In this document: piece after piece, positions 13,250 to 27,533 of the stretch
Position numbering within the stretch: position 1 is the first letter of the stretch
Layout of the letters: each line of letters begins with the position of its first letter
NCBI RefSeq assembly: GCF_009914755.1
Contig: NC_060936.1
From: the human T2T-CHM13v2.0 reference genome, Homo sapiens
Direction: 5' to 3' (one strand)
Length of the DNA: 64,000 nt
Translations under genes and position numbers: made by a program
The notes under the pieces: generated by a model
Database searches by the model: none
What the model was told of the DNA's origin: nothing
What the model saw: the letters and a program-made list of their open reading frames with translations, nothing else

Positions 13250-14342
13250 TTTTTAAGTATGCAATTCAATGGTTTTGGAAATGTTTGGTTTTTTGGTTTA
13301 TTACAGCAATCTAGTTTTAGGACATTTTTGTCCTTCCTAAAGAAACCCCATACTATTAGCTGTCATTCTCCATTCCTCTAACCTCTCACTAATATACATT
13401 TTGTCTCTATAGATTTGCCTATTCTGGGCATTTCATATGAATAGAATCATACAGTATATGGTTGTTTGTGTCTGTTTTCTTTCACTTAGCATAATGTTTT
13501 AAAGGTGCATTGATTTTCTTGCATATATTTGGTACTTCATTGGTTTTTATTGCTAAATAATATTACATTGCATGGATAAATCATATTTAGTTTATCTATC
13601 AGTTGATAGACATTTCCAGTTGTTTCCACATGTGGCTATTATGGATAATGCTGCTGTGAACGTTCATGTATGAATTTTTGTGTGGATATTTGCTTTCATT
13701 TTCCTTGGGTATATACCTAGGAGTGGAATTGCTGGGTCCTGAGGTTAAACTCTATGTTTAACCCTTTGAAAAACTGCCAAATTGTTTTTCACAGCTCCAT
13801 CATTTTACATTCCCAAAAGCAATGCATTGGGATTCTAGTTTCACCATATTTTCTTCAGCACTTCCTATTGTGTTTTTTATTATAGCTATCTTTATGGGTA
13901 TGAAGTGGTATCTCATTGTGGATTTGATTTGCATTTTGCTAATGACTAATGACACTAATCATCTTTTTCTGTGCTTATTTGCTATTTGCATATCTTCTTT
14001 GGAGAAATGTCTACTCAAATCCTTAGCCTACTTTTAAATTGGGTTATTTGTCTTTTTGTTGTTGACATGTAAGGGTTCTTTAGATATTTTGTGTACAAGT
14101 TCCTTATCAGATGTGTGCTTTGGCAAATACTTTTTCTTATTCTATGGGTTGCATTTTCAGTTTCTGATGATATTTTTAGCTGCATAAATTTTTAAATTTT
14201 GACAGTCTAACTAATGTATATTTTCTTTTGTTACTTATGCTTTAGGTGTCATATCTAAGAAAGCATTTACTTATCTCAAGGTTACAAAGACTTACTCCTA
14301 GGTTTTCTTCTGAGAATTTTGTAGCTTCAGCTTTTAAATTCA
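13250..14342 (-). mobile_element. Old L1 (L1MB-like) 3' fragment
   Basis: Antisense 3' UTR/ORF2 end (GTCTCTATAGATTTGCCTATTCTGG, ATACCTAGGAGTGGAATTGCTGGGTC, GAAGTGGTATCTCATTGTGG). Confidence 0.85.
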
Positions 14343-14810
14343 AACATTTGAACATTTAAAACATCTGTAAAGTGTATCTCATGGCATAGACCTAATTCTT
14401 TCTGGTTTGGTCAGATATATTAGTTAAGTGAACGAAGCAAATATTTTTAAGTAACTATTATATAGTTATGATCCTTTCCTAAAACATGATGCGAAATTTG
14501 CCCCTGAGGGATTTTGCCTAATAAGGAGGAACAGACATGACACAAAGAACTAAGATGTAAAGTAAAATATGAAAAGGACCACATGAAATGTAATGACCAT
14601 TTGTACTGGAAATTCAAAGGTGAAAGATTATTCCTGGTTATAGGTAGTGGTATTATTCATGATTTTTATCTTAAATTAAAAATAAAGGTAAAGTTTTGGG
14701 AGATTATCCCTTAACTAGTAAAAATCAAGTAAATCATTGACTAGTACCACTTGTATTTAGGTTTCTGGAGTGTACAGCATTGCTGATCTTAACTATTCTG
14801 TGCTGTAGAG

Positions 14811-15777
14811 CAGCACTTCTAAAAGTTTGGCTAGCAAAACTCTGGGGGCCCCTGGGACTCTTACAGGGGATCTGCTAAGTCAAGATAATTTTCATAATAA
14901 GATTCAGATATTATTTGCCTTTTTCATTGTATGAATATTTTGCTGATTATGCAGAAGCAATGATGGATAAAACTGCTATGCCTTAGGTTGAATTAAGGCA
15001 GTGGCACCAAACTGTGCTAGTAGTCATATGTTCTTACTACTACAGATTTGCAGTAAAAGTTAAAAAAATAAAACGAATGAATGAAGAAATGCCAGTTTCA
15101 TTTAAGAATGTTCTTGATGTAGTAGTAAAATTATTAATTTTATTAGATCTCAACCCTTGAATACATGTCTTTTTAATAGCTTGATTAAATGGGAAACATA
15201 CAGAAAGCACTCTGCTGCATACTTAAGTGATAATGGTGGTCTCAAGGAACAGCACTTGTATGATTGAGTTGCAAGCTGAATTACTCCATTTTTTTTAAAT
15301 GAAACACCATTTTTATATACAAGAATGACAGACAAGCCATGGATATTGACAGAGAAGCTACTGGGTTCAGATTTCACATCATAGCTCTCTTTTAATAAAT
15401 TTCTATTTGTCAAGTTTTGGTGTAGTATCAAAGAGGAATATCCACAGTTATCTGTAAAAGCTATTAAAATGTCCCTTTGTGTTCCATCTATGTACGTATA
15501 TGAATCTAAATATTTTTCATATAAATATTTTATTCTTGTCATGATTTTCTCTTTGGTAACATGTATTTATTTTTTGTTAAAATGTTATTTATGTTAGCCT
15601 GTTAAAAGATTACTAGGGTCATTTAAATAAATATTTATAAATTTTAATTTTGACACAATTTTTTACACAATTACTATCAATAGGGATCACCTATATTAAC
15701 AAAAAGCTCTTTGGAATCTTCAGTACCCTTTTAACTGTGTAAAGGATATTCTGTGAATAAAAGTTTGAGAACCACTG
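14811..15777 (+). mobile_element. Charlie1a-like hAT DNA transposon fossil (internally deleted)
   Basis: TIR-like ends CAGCACTTCTAAAAGT / AGTTTGAGAACCACTG; 8-bp TSD CTGTAGAG/TTGTAGAT; internal AAGGCAGTGGCACCAAACTGT typical of Charlie1. Confidence 0.85.
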
Positions 15778-16654
15778 TTGTAGATTAACTTCTTTTCACT
15801 GTATTATTTAAGAGTAGTCTTTGAGACTATAAGAAGGGGAATTTCCACTACAATTTAGTCAAGTGAAATACTTTATATATACTAGATTAAGACATGTGAA
15901 TTGAACAAAAGAGAAGACTGAATTTAGGATATTCTTTGTATTATCTATAGTTAAAGCTTATAGTCAAATTTGAGATTATTATAGGCACCCATTTTACCAT
16001 CCATGTTTATTTTTATCTGTATACTTTGTGCTATCTTTCTATGTCTCCATTATAAAATAGGTTATTGAGATAAATAAATATTAATTTATTAGGCTTTATG
16101 TAACTGAAAAGACTCACTATTTATTTGCCCTTGCATTTCTACCTCTTCTAATAATCCATGTGTCCTTCCTTAAAAACATTAATTAACTCTATATTCGACA
16201 TCTATTGACTTCCTAGTTTGTACCCAGCACCACAAGAGAATCTTGTAATATAATAATGAATAAGGAGCTTTCTTGCTTGGGAGGAGACTTATTGTATTTA
16301 TGTATTAAATACATAATTACAATGAGGCATTTCATAACAGAGGTATATGTATACGGTATGGGGAAGCAATAACAAAAATGCAGTGGTCATTTCTTCCTGC
16401 AGAAGTCAAAAAGGGCCTCATATAGGGAGTGTCCTTGAGCTAATTATTGAAAAATTATATGAGGAATTATAATATATATGAGGAATTGCAAATAACACCA
16501 CATGGTTGGAGTAAAGGGTACAGGAGCAACACAATTAAAAAAAATGAATACTTTAGATTTTATCCTATCTGTAGTAGAAAGTTGTTGATAAGGCTTGAAC
16601 AGATATAATTTATATTTTATGTAAGTGAGTCTTCCATCAGTTTGGTGAATGTAT

Positions 16655-16760
16655 CATTCCTTCATTCTGTAAATATTTCTTTAATTTCTCCTATGTGACA
16701 GGTACTGTGTTCAATGCTGGGATTATAAAAACAAATAAGACATATCCCCTGCTATCAAAT
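16655..16760 (-). mobile_element. L2 3' end fragment
   Basis: CATTCCTTCATTCTGTAAATATTT...CCTATGTGACAGGTACTGTGTTC...GCTGGGA resembles an antisense L2 tail. Confidence 0.6.
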
Positions 16761-17944
16761 CACTCTAATGTGCTGTTAGATTATCAAGTGTGCTCCCGTG
16801 GCTTACTGATATAATTAATATTAGTTCCTAGTACTTTGGGCAAGTGAAGCAATTCCAGAGTTTAGTGTTTTTCATCAACCTGTAATGCTTGTGACTTTGT
16901 TGCCTAGACAAGATGGCACTGGGAGTTAACAACTGTTTGTAATTAATCTTGATGAATGTCTATAGAAAACTAAATTTTAAAAGTCCTTAAAGCACTCAAG
17001 GTATCAAACAAAAAAGATGTCCTCAAGGATTCAAAATAACTTTATTATTTATGAAATCTCTCAAATTTGATACATTTTAGTGAAAAAATGCAAACAATGA
17101 CAAAAATTATAGGAACAAATAGAAACGCATTCTCAAGAGGGTTGTATTCTAGTTTAAGTTGAATATGAGTGCCTGATTTTCAGCTTAATAAATTTCTGCC
17201 AAAATGAAATATAATGCATAGTTTCTTGCAAGTCATGCAGGAAACAATAGATATAACTTTCAAAAATACAGTAATAGTAGCTTAGAAAGTTACATACATG
17301 TTTTGAATATATCCCCCCAGTTATGTTGGACATGTTCTTATATCCACTTTATGAATCTAGAAACTGAAGATGTCATCAATCCAAAATTGGACTGGAGTTT
17401 GTCTGACCCAGAAGCAGCCTCCCTCTCAGGGTAGAAACAGCAGTCAATACCTCCCTACCTTCATCTGCAACACACGTGAGAGGGACCTATTCATCACAGT
17501 GTAATTTGATTGGAAAGTATTGAAACTTTGATTCTAGATAGGCTTCAATATCTGACAAAAGCCTAATTAAAAGGAAGTGGAATACATGCATTTCTTCTGG
17601 AGTTTTGGGTTATGGACACTATTCTGGTTGTTAGAAGCATCTTAAATTTTTAACCAAAAGTCAATGAAATATATGACTTGAGTTTTACATACAGAAATCT
17701 AGCATGAAGACATAGATTAGAGTCATTACCTTCTAGGTGATAATCCCTTCAGACATGACATGATGTCAGAAATTCCAGAGGAATATTGTTACCCATTTTC
17801 TTAAAACTAAGCAAAGCAAAACCAAGGAGGAGTACTCTTTATTAGGTAGTAGTATGGTGTTGTAGGTAAAACAGCTTCTTCTGTAAAGAGTTTGAAAGTC
17901 AGTGGGGGATTCAGACATATAAATAGATGAAAAGGTAAGAGGAG

Positions 17945-18320
17945 TGTATGAGTTCGTTCTTGCACTGCTATGAAGACACACTTGAGATTGGGTAATTTAC
18001 AAAGAAAAGAGGTTTAATTGGCTTATGGTTCTATAGGCTGTACAGATTTCTGCTTCTGGTGAGGCCTCAGGAAACTTATAATCATGGTGGAAAGTGAAGG
18101 GGAAGCAAGCACATCTTCACATGGCCAGAAGGAGAGAGAGAGAACGGGGAGGTGCTACACACTTTCAAACAACCAAATCTCATGAGAACTCTGTCACAAG
18201 ATCAGCAAGGGGGAAGTTCACCCTCATGATTCAGTCACCTCCCACAAGGCCCCTCCTCCAAAACTAGAAATTACAATTTGACACGAGATTTGGGTGGGGA
18301 CACAGAGCCAAACCATATCA
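17945..18320 (-). mobile_element. MaLR solo LTR (MSTA/THE1D-like)
   Basis: TG...CA ends; GAGATTTGGGTGGGGACACAGAGCCAAACCATATCA terminus; 5-bp TSD AGGAG/AAGAG. Confidence 0.9.
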
Positions 18321-18417
18321 AAGAGAATAAGGCTAAGGACAATAATTTGGAGAACACTCAATATCAAACAGGTGTATTGAAGTAGGAGAAGTATTTTTAA
18401 AAATCTCAGGAGAATAA

Positions 18418-18558
18418 ACTGGGCATGGTGATACTTGTCTGTAATCCCAGCTACTCAAGAGGCTGAGGTGGGAGGATTACTTGAGCTCAGGAGTGTGAGA
18501 TCAGTCTGGGCAACAAAGAGAGACCATTGTCTCAAAATAAATAAATAAATAAATAAAT
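18418..18558 (+). mobile_element. FLAM-type Alu monomer with (TAAA)n tail
   Basis: CTGTAATCCCAGCTACTCAAGAGGCTGAGGTGGGAGGAT...; degenerate TSD AAAAATCTCAGGAGAATAA / AAAAATTTCAAAGGAATAA. Confidence 0.85.
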
Positions 18559-20009
18559 AAAAATTTCAAAGGAATAAAAATGAGAAAGTAGAGCTGGGAA
18601 ATAAATAGCATGAAAACTAAGGAGGTGACTATTTGAAAAAAGTGGGGATGTATTGGATTACACCGTGTGGTCATGTAAGATACTTTCTGACAAGGGTGCA
18701 CTGGATTTGGCAAATGAAAGTTACCTGGTGAACTCAGTATTAACAGATTAAATGGAGTGATGGTGCCAGCTTGGAGAGTGAGCATGGGCTACACTTTTAA
18801 GAAGCATGGCTGTGAAAGGAAAGAGAGAAAAGGAAGGTGTCATCTTGCAAAGGACAGACTGTCAAGAAAGTGCTTTTGTTGATTTAGATGGAACAGACTT
18901 AAGCATGTCAGATGCTAATAGTATGAGCCAGTGGCAAGGGAGTAGTGGGTGATTTATTTGGGTGACTGGCAGTTCCTGTTCTACTCAGGATAAGATACCT
19001 TGAGTTCTTTTCATTTATCATGGCATTTCTGCCCCTGGTGAACTTATTGTTGTCAATTCTTTCACTCTATGTATTCCAGAACTTCTGTTACATGTTTTAA
19101 AGTGAAACAAAAAAATTATATGAGAGTTCAATTATTCTAGAAGCTTATTGTGATAAGGCCTTGACTAATAGGAAATCAGCTCACTTATTAACCCAATTTT
19201 TTTCTGCACTTTTCTTTTTATATGAATGAGAAAGTACGTGGAGGTGGGTGATTCAGAATTTAATTTAAAACCAACTTCCAGGCTAAACAGGCAATCAGTA
19301 TGCATTTCTTATGTGTTTGCCTCCCCAAAGATATAATGATAGGTGTGAGCATTGATACAAAGAATTATAGCACATAGTCTTTATTGTCATGATGGTTGCA
19401 ATCTGAGGATATAAAACTACACATGTGAAAAGGTAGCTAACAGTGTGACAATATAAATGACAAAGACCATAATGAATAATATGGATTAAATGCAATAGGA
19501 ATTTAGAAGAGATGAATAACACTGAGTTGGAGTGTTCTAAGATAACTTCTTGGACAATATAGTTGGCAAGCAAATCCTTAGGTTGGGTAGATCTGGGAAA
19601 ACGAAGAGAGAAAGGCATTTCATCTAGAATGGAAGAAATGTTTGTTAATTAGGCACTTCTATTTGTTGGTGATATACCAGATATTTTAATATGCATATTC
19701 ATAATTATTTTAATTATTTGTGAAGATGAGACAGAATAGGATTTTTTTTCTTGCAATGACTGAATGCACCATAACTTAATGGGTTGATGGTTTCATTAGT
19801 TAATCCTAGAATTCCACTCTTTCACTCACTCACCCATTCACTTTCTCTCTCTCTTTTTATTTTGATATATTTTCTGTTTTTCCTGTCATCTGAATTCCTT
19901 TCCATTGTTTGCAGAATGTCCTCCTATATGAGCATTGGTAGGAGTCAGACCTTACTTACTGCTTTTGAACTTGTCAAGTCCAGATGCATGTTGATCCAGT
20001 GACTTTATA

Positions 20010-20408
20010 ACGAAAGATAGGGCACAGACATAAGTTCAGCTAAAGTAGATGACTTGTCTGGGAACTTGGAATCACAACCTAGTTGTAATGAGACATGAAT
20101 TTGGAGAGCAAGGGCACCTACATCCAGTCTGTGTGGTAGTGATGGTAATGCATTTGGTGTCAACCTATAGCAAGCAGCACTGGTGAGGAGGTGTGGCAAG
20201 CTGTGGCAGTGGTGGAGGCAGAAGTGTTCTCTCTAGAATGGCTCAGGGGCTGCCTGGCCTCTCTTGTTTCATGTCCATTTTCTAAATCAATTCTCTTGCC
20301 TCCCTAACAACTCTGTAAGCAACCCAGTAATTCTTCCAACAATTGCCTTTTCTACTTTAACCAGTTAGAATTTTCTGTTGTTTTCATTTAAGAATTATAA
20401 CAAGTGCA
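20010..20408 (+). mobile_element. Old ERVL/MaLR-class LTR fragment (family uncertain)
   Basis: 3' end CCTTTTCTACTTTAACCAGTTAGAATTTTCTGTTGTTTTCATTTAAGAA resembles the LTR33/LTR16/MLT1 terminus. Confidence 0.45.
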
Positions 20409-23400
20409 AGAGTTTAGGATGAGATTATGAGGGCTTTTCATATCAGCCTAAGGAGTTTGAACTTCAATTTACAGGAATTATCCCAATATAAAAGCATTTT
20501 GAGTAGTAGGATGGCATTACCTAACGGATACTTTATGAAGATTAACATCAGTGTTATGTAGGATAAATAATTTGAGAGACGGTAACTAGAATGATCATAT
20601 AGGAGAAGTGGGCCATATTAACAAGGCAGCTGGCTTGCATGGGAAAAGGTTAGACAGGTTGAGTTTGAGTAGACGCAACAAATATATAATTAGGCGATAG
20701 CAATATGAGATTGAGCACAGATTAGAGAAGTGATAATCAAAGCCTTAATAGTAATAAGGTAGGTGTCAGGTAATTTTCTAAGCAAATGGGTTATTGCACT
20801 GATGAAGAATTGTAGAGTATTGGTCCTCTCCATAATCTTCCCTGACATGCCTGAGGGCTAACATATAGACCACACATGGATTCTCCGTTTTCAACCTTGC
20901 CTCACTTATGTATTTGCATCAGAGGGAAGGATGCAAGTGTCCGTTGAGAACAACCCAAAGATTATTAAATAAGCCTCTCCCTCTTCAGTCCCATACTGAA
21001 TTCATATGAATTTTTACCTATGAGTCTCTTTTTTGGAAAGTGAAAAAAAAAAGGACAGAAACAAATACTGGCTACATTTATATTATGGGCTGATAGAAAG
21101 AAATTGAATTCATAAATGAAGGAGAACAAGAATTATCCAAGAAGTATCAGAATTGCCAGAACTCTTGGCAGCTGAATTTCACATCCCTGTTTTAATCTCT
21201 GGAGGCCTACCCAGAAGTGAGGAAGGCTATCATAAGAAGCAGAAAATACCAGGCTTAGATAAAATTATTCCTTTATTTTACATCTAAGATCCTTGCACTG
21301 CTGAGTAAGAGTTTTAACCCCATTCAATTAGATATTAAAGGTTGGTATGGCTCATACAGGACACTCCTCCATCACATTCCTGTAGAATAATTCAAAAATG
21401 TAACTTTTCGGACCTCCTGGAACAAAGGGCAAGTAATATCGTACATACCATTACAAAGATAACCGAAGAATTCAATGTATATTTCCATGTTACTGTAATG
21501 CAGTGGAATTGAGGCAAGGTAAATTCCATGTTAGTAGATGCAAAGCACAGAGAATAGTGGGGAAAGCACCACACTGTTTAATCAAGAGTCTTGTTTTGCC
21601 ACCGACTAAGTGTTTGCTTTGAAGATATTCTTGCCCTCTGTTGTCCTCTGCTTTCTTATCTCTTAAGTGAAGAGATCGCTGAGGGCCCTTGGGGAAAGGA
21701 CTGAGAAATCGGAACTCTGGTTCAAGAAAATAAAATTGGCTACCAGAGGGAGTGAACAGATGATGCTGCAAGATGAAATTGCAGCCTTCATAGCAGAAGT
21801 TGAGAACAGTTGCTACTTTCCTTAAAGGTCATCGTTCATATTCCAATACGAGTGGGGCGGTGATGACACATTGAGAACCTGTTGTCTTTGTTAGGATGGG
21901 CCCTACCCTTTTCTAGCAGTTATCTGTTTACCTTTTAATATAATTAGGCAGACCAGATTGGTATTTAGTCTTGTTCTGACAACAGCAAATTAGGCTTAAC
22001 TCTTTAATTACAATGAGAAGGAAATCACCTTTCTGATATCCTTCAATTAGCTCAAGCAGCTGTTAAGTTATAATTAAAATTTCACATGGATCATTTGAGT
22101 TCTTGGAATGTTTCCATTTAATAACAAAACATTTGCATATATGCATTCAGTTTTTAACAACCTTTTCAAATCTGTCAATGGTAAACCAAGAACATTGATA
22201 CTGTATTAAACAAAATCTTTGTAGTCTTGTAAGCAGACAGCTGGGTCCCACAACATGAAAAATGGAAATAGAAGAAGGTGATCAAAAAGTATTAGTGTCT
22301 CCAAGTTTTCTGGAGCTTGTTCAGAGAATTAAACTTTTGTTTCATGCACAGTTATCCAAGAGGGAGTTAAAAAAAGAAACACTAACCAGGAGAGAGTGGT
22401 TTTTTGGTGCTTGACAAATGAACGCATGTATTATGTGCATGCCATTACTCAGTACAATGACAATCACCCCCACTGTGATTTTACAAGTGGGTTCTTGCCT
22501 CTATAGACTTTTAAAAGTATAAATATGAAAGCAAAAATTATATGTGAACATTCAAAGATCCTCTTTTGTTTTTATTTAGTTCTGAGAATTGAACTGACTA
22601 AAAAATTTACTCTCTTTGAAGTTGCTCTGGCCATTATCTCTCTGATACAGCAATGGATTCAATGATCTATGTAGGACCAAGATGTAAGAATAAACATAAA
22701 CTAAGCACACTTTCAATTTAGAAACTAAGAATCTTTGAAACACTACATGCTGACTAAATTAAACTGCACCCAATTGAAGAATCATAAGAATATTTTTAAA
22801 ATTATGTTTAAAAGTTTGAATTAATGGAGATTGGATTCAATATTAGAAAACTGATTAAAACAAGGGGAAGTTAAATGATTGTTTCCTCTTTTTAGATATA
22901 ATTTATGTTTTCTATTCTTTAACATTGGTAGGAGGAAGTGATAAAAAATAAAAATAACAATGTTGGAAGGTGGCAGGTTTTAGAATCTATACTGAAGGCC
23001 TTAAGAAGGAGTGTATTCATGCTTATTCCTTGATAGTCTACATTGACAAGAAGAATTCTATATTGACTAAGAACCTAATGATGTCTTCCCAACCATCAAC
23101 CTGTATTGTATGTTGTTGAATTTCAACCACCAAGATAATTGTATCTCCTGGAATTAAAGAAGCACATAGAGAAAAGAGATGAAAGAGCAATGTCTGATAC
23201 CATAATTATACCAGTGTGCACACTTTTGGGGGCTACCAGCTGTTATCAGCACATTTTCCATCTGCCTTTCCTAATTTTACTGTGACCTTTTAGAACTGAT
23301 TTCATCTGGTAGAGACTTGGATCTGACACCATCACTGAGTCAATTTTATCTTTGAACAACTAAAGGGAAGAATGAGTAACAAGTGGCATTCTGTTCAGAA

Positions 23401-23688
23401 AAATGTTCCAAATTAGTATTTCATTATTCTTTTGTTGGGAAACCTCATTGTTGAGTGATTTTAAGATTCATTTCAAGTACTTAGGTTTACCAATCTGCAA
23501 GTCCACAGTTTACCTCAGGGAATCAGGGTTAGAACTCATAAACTCTCAAGCTGTTTTCAGAGGAGAATTATTTGGAATGCTTGTTTAAAGGTTTTTAATT
23601 TTTTTATGCAGATGAAAAACAGAACTCTAAAAGGGTGGTTTTATTAATTCTGGCTCCAAAATCTAGAAAGATTTACATTAACTTCCCC

Positions 23689-23775
23689 TCTCTCTGTCTC
23701 TTTCTCTCTCTGCCTCTGTCTCTTTCTCTCTCTCCTTCTCTCACACCCACACACAAAAACACGAACACACACACA
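23689..23775. repeat. Imperfect (TC)n followed by (CA)n microsatellite
   Basis: Seen directly. Confidence 0.85.
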
Positions 23776-23809
23776 TGCCTACATGAAGGCCATGCTCTAG
23801 AATATTAAT

Positions 23810-23950
23810 ATGTTTAGAACACTTATTCTGTGCCCTATGCTACTTGCTAGCAATAAATAATTTATTCATCCCAACAACCCAACAAGCCAGTTTATACTAC
23901 TATATACATCTACATAAGAGAAAACTGAAGCCATGGAAAGTTAAGTAAAT
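23810..23950 (-). mobile_element. MIR fragment
   Basis: Core ATCTACATAAGAGAAAACTGAAGCCATGGAAAGTTAAGTAA. Confidence 0.6.
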
Positions 23951-25049
23951 AGTGCTTGACGTATTCTAAGGCCCATTCTCTTCACCAGTATGGTATTATT
24001 TTCATTTATTTGTCAATTAAATAACTTAGTACCTTCTAGGTCTCAGACTTATCTAGGGGCTAGGCATACAAAGATGAACACAATGAGCATGGTCCCTGGC
24101 CTCATGATATTGACAGCATATGAGTAATTTTCTCCTTATAAGTTGATCTTACATCAATGAGTAATTCCTACATTCATGGGCTTTAGCTTAAGCATGTACT
24201 GTACCTAGTATTTAATGAGGCTGCTGAGGCCTGCAATAATGCATGCAACTTTTTGAATTTTGTGAGGCAATAGGTTTTGGCTCATCTCTGATGACCATGT
24301 TAGCCTTCGCTGGCTGTTTGAGTGGTAGCAACAGCCATGCAGCCACTAAAATGTTCCAGTACCCAGCTATTAGATACAAGATCAGTCTCTGAATTGTTCC
24401 TGGATATCCCTCAGTTTTCTAACAAGCTGTATCACCTCTAGCCTCTCTCTAAGGGAGGAACACTCTCCCCAGTACCTGATAAGTGAGAAACAGGCCATAT
24501 GCAACCCAAGAGGAAATTTTCATGTCTTTCACTTCAGCCAAGACATTGGCTGATATTGTTACTCTGCCTCTTGCTTTGGAGACAATCATAAGTGAGGAAG
24601 TGAGGATGTGAAACATGGGGACAACTAGCAGGTCTGAAAAAATTCCATTTTGAACGATGTGAATTTGCAGATTTGTGGTAATGCCTCAGAGAAGCTTGTT
24701 CCCTTAGTAGGAATTGATATTCTTCTCAACACAGGAAGATTATGGGAGGTTGACAAAAAGCACAGCCTCAAAATTGTGACCCTTTGCTTAACAGCAGCCA
24801 CCCCAACTAGTTATGTATGCTGAAATGAAGAATTACATTTAGGTTTACCAGAACTCTCATATATATTTCCTCAGCATAGAAAGAGAATATTTTTATTAAA
24901 CTCTATTTTCTTATATTTAACCAATAAATTTCCCAGTTATTCATTTTATTAATAGCATCATTATTATTCTGCCTTTTCCTGAAATTTTCAATGTGTCAAG
25001 AAAAATGTCCTGGACAATTTCCATACTCTTACTTTCATATCTACTCACT

Positions 25050-25165
25050 TTTTTCCATTGTATAGATGAAATTAAGCTGAAAAAAAGTTGATTTGCCCAA
25101 TGTCACCAGCTAGTAAGTCACAGAGTCGGGGAAGAATTTGAGTCTGTCTGATTTCAAACCTACTT
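25050..25165 (-). mobile_element. MIR fragment
   Basis: CCATTGTATAGATGAAATTAAG...TTTGCCCAATGTCACCAGCTAGTAAGT...GTCTGTCTGATTTCAAA. Confidence 0.65.
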
Positions 25166-26011
25166 ACCTTGAACTAATCTGAGTGACAAGACTGTCCTGC
25201 CACAGCTGTAAATCACTCATATGTGAAACTTGAATATATTTAACAACTTTCAGTGCATCTTAGAAAGGTTTTCCTTTGACGCTAAAGCACAGAGCCATGG
25301 ATGACTTTATTTTGTTTATACACTTTCATCTTCCAGTTGCTTGAGTGATTTGCATGCTCATTTACATATTGTGAGCACATGTCAAAGCTAGGTTATGATT
25401 CTTTCTTTTATAAAGCAAAAGCCACTCAGTAGAGATTTTATTTTTTCTACTGGGTTCCATTACTAACATTTCTGAAACAATTGGCCTTTACTTATTAAAT
25501 TTATTTAAATTATTTAATTTAATGATTAAAGGTCTGGGATTGATTTGTCTAACAAAGTTCAGAAAATTGTTTAATGATACCACTTCAGCCCATTTCTATT
25601 GTTATTTACATTACGTTGTTAACTGGGTGACTTACCGCAAGTCTTTCCTTCTCTCTGGCCTTTACATTTCTCGTTCAGAATTATTATTCCTGCTACTTTC
25701 TTCAAAGGCATTTTCAATCACCAAACTTCTAACATTTTTTTTTATTCTTAGAAGGAAAGAGCTGATTAATTGTATTATGGTTGAGAAGGGTTTGGAATTG
25801 AATTGGAATAAAACTAGAAATCTCTTCAATAGCTAATTTGGGCTAGAAAAGGGACACTTCTGTGTTCAAATTATTACATTAATATATCAACTGATTTGCC
25901 CACCTCTTAAATATTTTCAGTACTGCATTCTGAAAAGCAATCTTCTGTAGGCAATCTTCATTTGGAGTTAAGAAACAGAACCTTTATTTGGCAAGCTAGG
26001 ACTTACTGCAC

Positions 26012-26372
26012 TGACATGGTTTGGTTGTGTCCCCACCCAAATCTCATCTTGAATTGTAACTCCCATACAAGTGGGAATTATAATTCCCAACTGTAATGGA
26101 ATCATGGGGCGGGGGGTTCTTTCCCATTATGTTCTTGTGATAGTAAATAAGTCTCATGAGATCTGATGGTTTTATAAATGGGAGTTCCCCTGCACATGCT
26201 CTCTTTTTGCCTGTCTCCATATATGACGTGGCTTTGCTCCTCCTTTACCTTCCACCATGATTGTGAGGCCTCCCCAGCACTGTGGACCTGTGAATCAATT
26301 AAACCTCTTTCCTTTGTAAATTACCCAGTCTTGAGTATGTCTTTATTAGCAGCGTGAGAACGGACTTATACA
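26012..26372 (+). mobile_element. THE1B/C solo LTR (MaLR)
   Basis: TGACATGGTTTGGTTGTGTCCCCACCCAAATCTCATCTTGAATTGTA start; ends GTGAGAACGGACTTATACA; TSD TGCAC/TGTAC. Confidence 0.93.
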
Positions 26373-26984
26373 TGTACAAAGCAAGGTACCTTATCTATTC
26401 TATTTTAACTGTTAGTCTGTCAGGTTTCTCCTAGAAGTTTTGTGTGACAATTTAAAAAATCATTTCTAAGAAGCAGTAGTGGATCTTGCTATTCATAGTA
26501 ATACTAGTTGAAGTTTTCCATCGGGGGATAATCAACATATGCCTGCACACTCTTCCTTTCTACTTCAGCTGCCTCTTTGACAACTATTGTAAGCATCATC
26601 CAATGTGACAATTATAATACATTTGGTTAAGATTGTTGTGTGTCGTTTTCCTAAGATGATTAGCTCCATGAACATAGAAACCATGACTTCTATTTCTTTT
26701 GTACTCCTCCATAATACCTAGCTATTAGCATAGCTATGCTATGCTATGTTCATAGAGCTATTATGTTCATAGAGCTGAACATACTGTAATCTTCTAAGAA
26801 CTATTTATAGGATTGGATGAATTTGTGTCAGAAATGTTACTGATTTCTTTTGCTTAACTCAAGGAACATCCATAACCAATAAAATTATTATAATGGTGCT
26901 GGAAATTCAAATATAAAATAATTTTTAGGCAATGTTTAGGACACAAGTCTCCATCTCTCATGGTGCTTTAGCTATTGCCTGGAG

Positions 26985-27108
26985 AATCTTTCACAAAAGT
27001 CTAGGACCCACTCCCAGACATTCAGTTCCAGCATATTTGGGGTGAGTCTTTACTTTTAAAAATACCACAAGTGATACTAACATGCAGCTAAGGCAGAAAC
27101 CTACTGGT
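26985..27108. mobile_element. MER5-like hAT MITE remnant
   Basis: GGACCCACTCCCAGAC...ACAAGTGATACTAACATGCAGC...GAAACCTACTGGTTTAGA. Confidence 0.45.
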
Positions 27109-27491
27109 TTAGAATGACCACAACCTATGCTATAGAAATTATCATAGAACACTGCATAGTGAGTTATATGGCTTATTTGGTGCAAAAAAATTAATGAATA
27201 ATTGACTTGCATTTTATACATTTTTCATAAACTGAATAGACTAAAGGTGTAATTTTTACATTAGTAGACTACCTGAAAGAAGCTTGACTAAAAATTACCT
27301 TTTATATATTATAGACCATAACCGACACAGGAAGAGAATGGAAAAGTTGCCATCTGAAATAGCTAATGTCCATATGTACATTGACAATTATCTGCCTTCT
27401 GTTGCATGAGGTTTTCTACCTTATTGCAGGGTTACCAAATTAGAGCAAAAAATATCCCAAAAAACCTATTTATCATTCCAAAGAATAAGTA

Positions 27492-27493
<2 letters not shown>

Positions 27494-27531
<38 letters not shown>
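27494..27531. repeat. (TG)n microsatellite, about 18-19 units
   Basis: Perfect GT run seen directly. Confidence 0.97.

Positions 27532-27533
<2 letters not shown>

Noticed and set aside
15150-15542. 130-aa ORF
   Set aside because: Chance antisense ORF within a Charlie1 fossil
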